Shown: piece by piece, positions 16,901 to 17,333 of the stretch
How the letters are laid out: every line of letters starts with the position of its first letter
Position numbering within the stretch: the stretch's first letter is position 1
Source of the DNA: Sulfurimonadaceae bacterium
GTDB lineage: Bacteria; Campylobacterota; Campylobacteria; Campylobacterales; Sulfurimonadaceae
Length of the DNA: 17,333 nt
Assembly (NCBI GenBank): GCA_041562555.1
Contig: JBFEXS010000037.1
Span: 1-17,333 of the forward strand
Direction of reading: 5' to 3'
Translations under genes and position numbers: made by a program
Notes under the pieces: generated by a model
Databases searched by the model: none
What the model was told of the DNA's origin: nothing
Seen by the model: only the letters and a program-made list of their open reading frames with translations

Positions 16901-17024
16901 AATAGGTGTTTCCCAACTGGCTGAAGGTGATCATTTTGACGAGCTCTTCAAAAAAGCAGATCAAGCGCTTTATCGTGCAAAAGAGAAGGGAAGAAACCAG
17001 GTCTCGACAAGTGTGGAACCCTAA
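13938..17024 (+). CDS. Membrane-bound sensor diguanylate cyclase (periplasmic ABC-substrate-binding-like domain, TM helix, four PAS domains, GGDEF)
   Basis: Signal peptide, VLIIHSYH..YPWS and PLVFSGLN sensor motifs, one TM helix (IIYALIALLVLASLGFA), PAS domains starting near GNWDWD, DSIMVHD, IVGIYR and DTVVITD, then DKLTGIHNR, DIDYFKTVND, I-site RKLD and RWGGEEF. TATAAT at 13901-13906. Confidence 0.93.
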   Translation: MNKFIFSVFIFVHTFLYADTPVLIIHSYHESYPWSSNQDRGFKEVLDGDEKLFPLYSTEYIDSKRRGFDKAYEEEFVHYMRSKYKGYQPQLIYTTDDDAFNFMLRNKDKLFPSVPLVFSGLNDLSQIGTLRDKRIAGVFEKKDVASNIRLIRSLFPNEKEIVLLGDKLTTSQVVEKVLLDEFATYGLNIRSIHDEYLTNVLEELKAINSKVVVLNTIGGVKTIDGHLIPLKQVIKELNGIGDMIVISLEDTYVQYGVLGGYVNNSTHQGEEAGRIALKILHDPLSTFPKNVASRHGFLFDAQALEEHGIILPDEIMHASQLVNQPVSLAHRSEYLLKTIIYALIALLVLASLGFARYMYRSRNIILKNSETLAVTTESMERAQSIAHLGNWDWDIQNNTLWWSDEIYRIFGLEPKEFEATYEAFLKHVHPEDKERVNKVVNEALEKKTDYHVFHRIIKKDGTERYVSEEGSLKFDDQGTPIRMTGIVHDITEEYEQEQSIILQAEIFNAVQDSIMVHDLQGHFVYLNENAWKSRGYTEDEMLDMTVEELDAPEYKNASPEEMEKFLARLKEEGYVTFKVEHLCKDGRRLPVEIYSKLITLNDKPYVLSSVRDITQQKRADDAIKASEKKYRDFVENSIVGIYRANIEGKILYANPALARMWGCASVDEVIGEHELRLFESSQESEMFIHDLQKTGRLINYELTAHDKNNKAFPILISAILEGDTLTGMVLDMSEIKRSQTEIEKLSKVVEQIDDTVVITDHTGTITYANHAFYNDTGYTREEVLGKKPSILKSGRHDAEFYKDLWKTIKQGDVYRGTLINKKKSGELFYEKKTITPLKDNMNNIIGYVSSGKDTTMETMMHQEIEHIASTDKLTGIHNRYKFEELFILELERSRRFGYPMSLILIDIDYFKTVNDTYGHDVGDKVLKSLADIIQMQIRKLDVFARWGGEEFLVLAPNTDLANASILAEKMRLAIDAFSFPSVGDVTISIGVSQLAEGDHFDELFKKADQALYRAKEKGRNQVSTSVEP

Positions 17025-17053
17025 GTTTTTTATGATGATATAAAAGGACGAAT

Positions 17054-17333
17054 ATGAGCAAGAGAAGTGTATATGTCTTGATCTTTATGATACTCAGCGT
17101 AGCGGTATATTCCGATCCCACGTCGATGAGCTTTACATCCTATCTGAACGCCTTTACATATGAAGAACGCAAAGAGATGAAGATCGATAGCGTTGAGCTT
17201 ACGGTCATGCTTGAAGAGGGCACGGCTCAGTTGATCGATATCCGCTTTAAAGAAGAGTTTGAAGCCTGGCATATGGGCGCAGCAATCAATATCCCTTTAC
17301 ATGAGTTGCCTCAACGCTTACACGAGCTTGATA
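17054..17333 (+). CDS. Exported rhodanese-like domain protein (3'-partial)
   Basis: Not in the ORF track. AAGGA SD, then MSKRSVYVLIFMILSVAVYSD...AQLIDIRFKEEFEAWHMGAAINIPLHELPQRLHELD, i.e. a signal peptide plus the rhodanese N-terminal motif (LIDxR..E...H...AINIP). The catalytic Cys would lie beyond the window. Confidence 0.85.
   Translation, partial: MSKRSVYVLIFMILSVAVYSDPTSMSFTSYLNAFTYEERKEMKIDSVELTVMLEEGTAQLIDIRFKEEFEAWHMGAAINIPLHELPQRLHELD

Noticed and set aside
8..17272. The many 60-128 aa ORFs in the track that overlap larger genes (for example 8-205, 5300-5662, 7267-7626, 8129-8503, 9226-9474, 14213-14599, 17030-17272)
   Set aside because: They are mostly antisense or off-frame shadows of well-supported genes, with no recognisable motifs.

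Overview
Gene-dense chromosomal window, most likely from a free-living Campylobacterota such as Sulfurovum or a relative. This is inferred from the AAGGA Shine-Dalgarno sites, TGn-TAnnAT promoters without a clear -35, and gene content. In order it holds: a sufBCD Fe-S assembly operon (sufD runs off the left edge) with an IscR/Rrf2-like palindrome upstream; a Na+:solute symporter with a small partner membrane protein; an SDR/epimerase; a split siroheme synthesis pair (sirC-like and cobA); a leaderless HAD hydrolase; a 31-aa membrane peptide; a PAS-GGDEF cyclase; a small acidic protein; a secreted six-cysteine miniprotein; a mini-MscS and a CorA transporter; rimK with a RimB-like protease that seems to start at AUA; a divergent M14 deacylase; a large periplasmic-sensor/4xPAS/GGDEF cyclase; and a partial exported rhodanese. 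Several of these genes are absent or mis-started in the supplied ORF track. The most unusual region is about 9175-9735. There the six-cysteine gene lies inside an apparent ~550-nt transcript with long structured 5' and 3' UTRs, a perfect 12-nt 5'/3' end complementarity, and a competing 3' three-way junction. No mobile elements, CRISPR arrays, tRNA or rRNA genes were recognised. All RNA structures were paired by eye, not computed.
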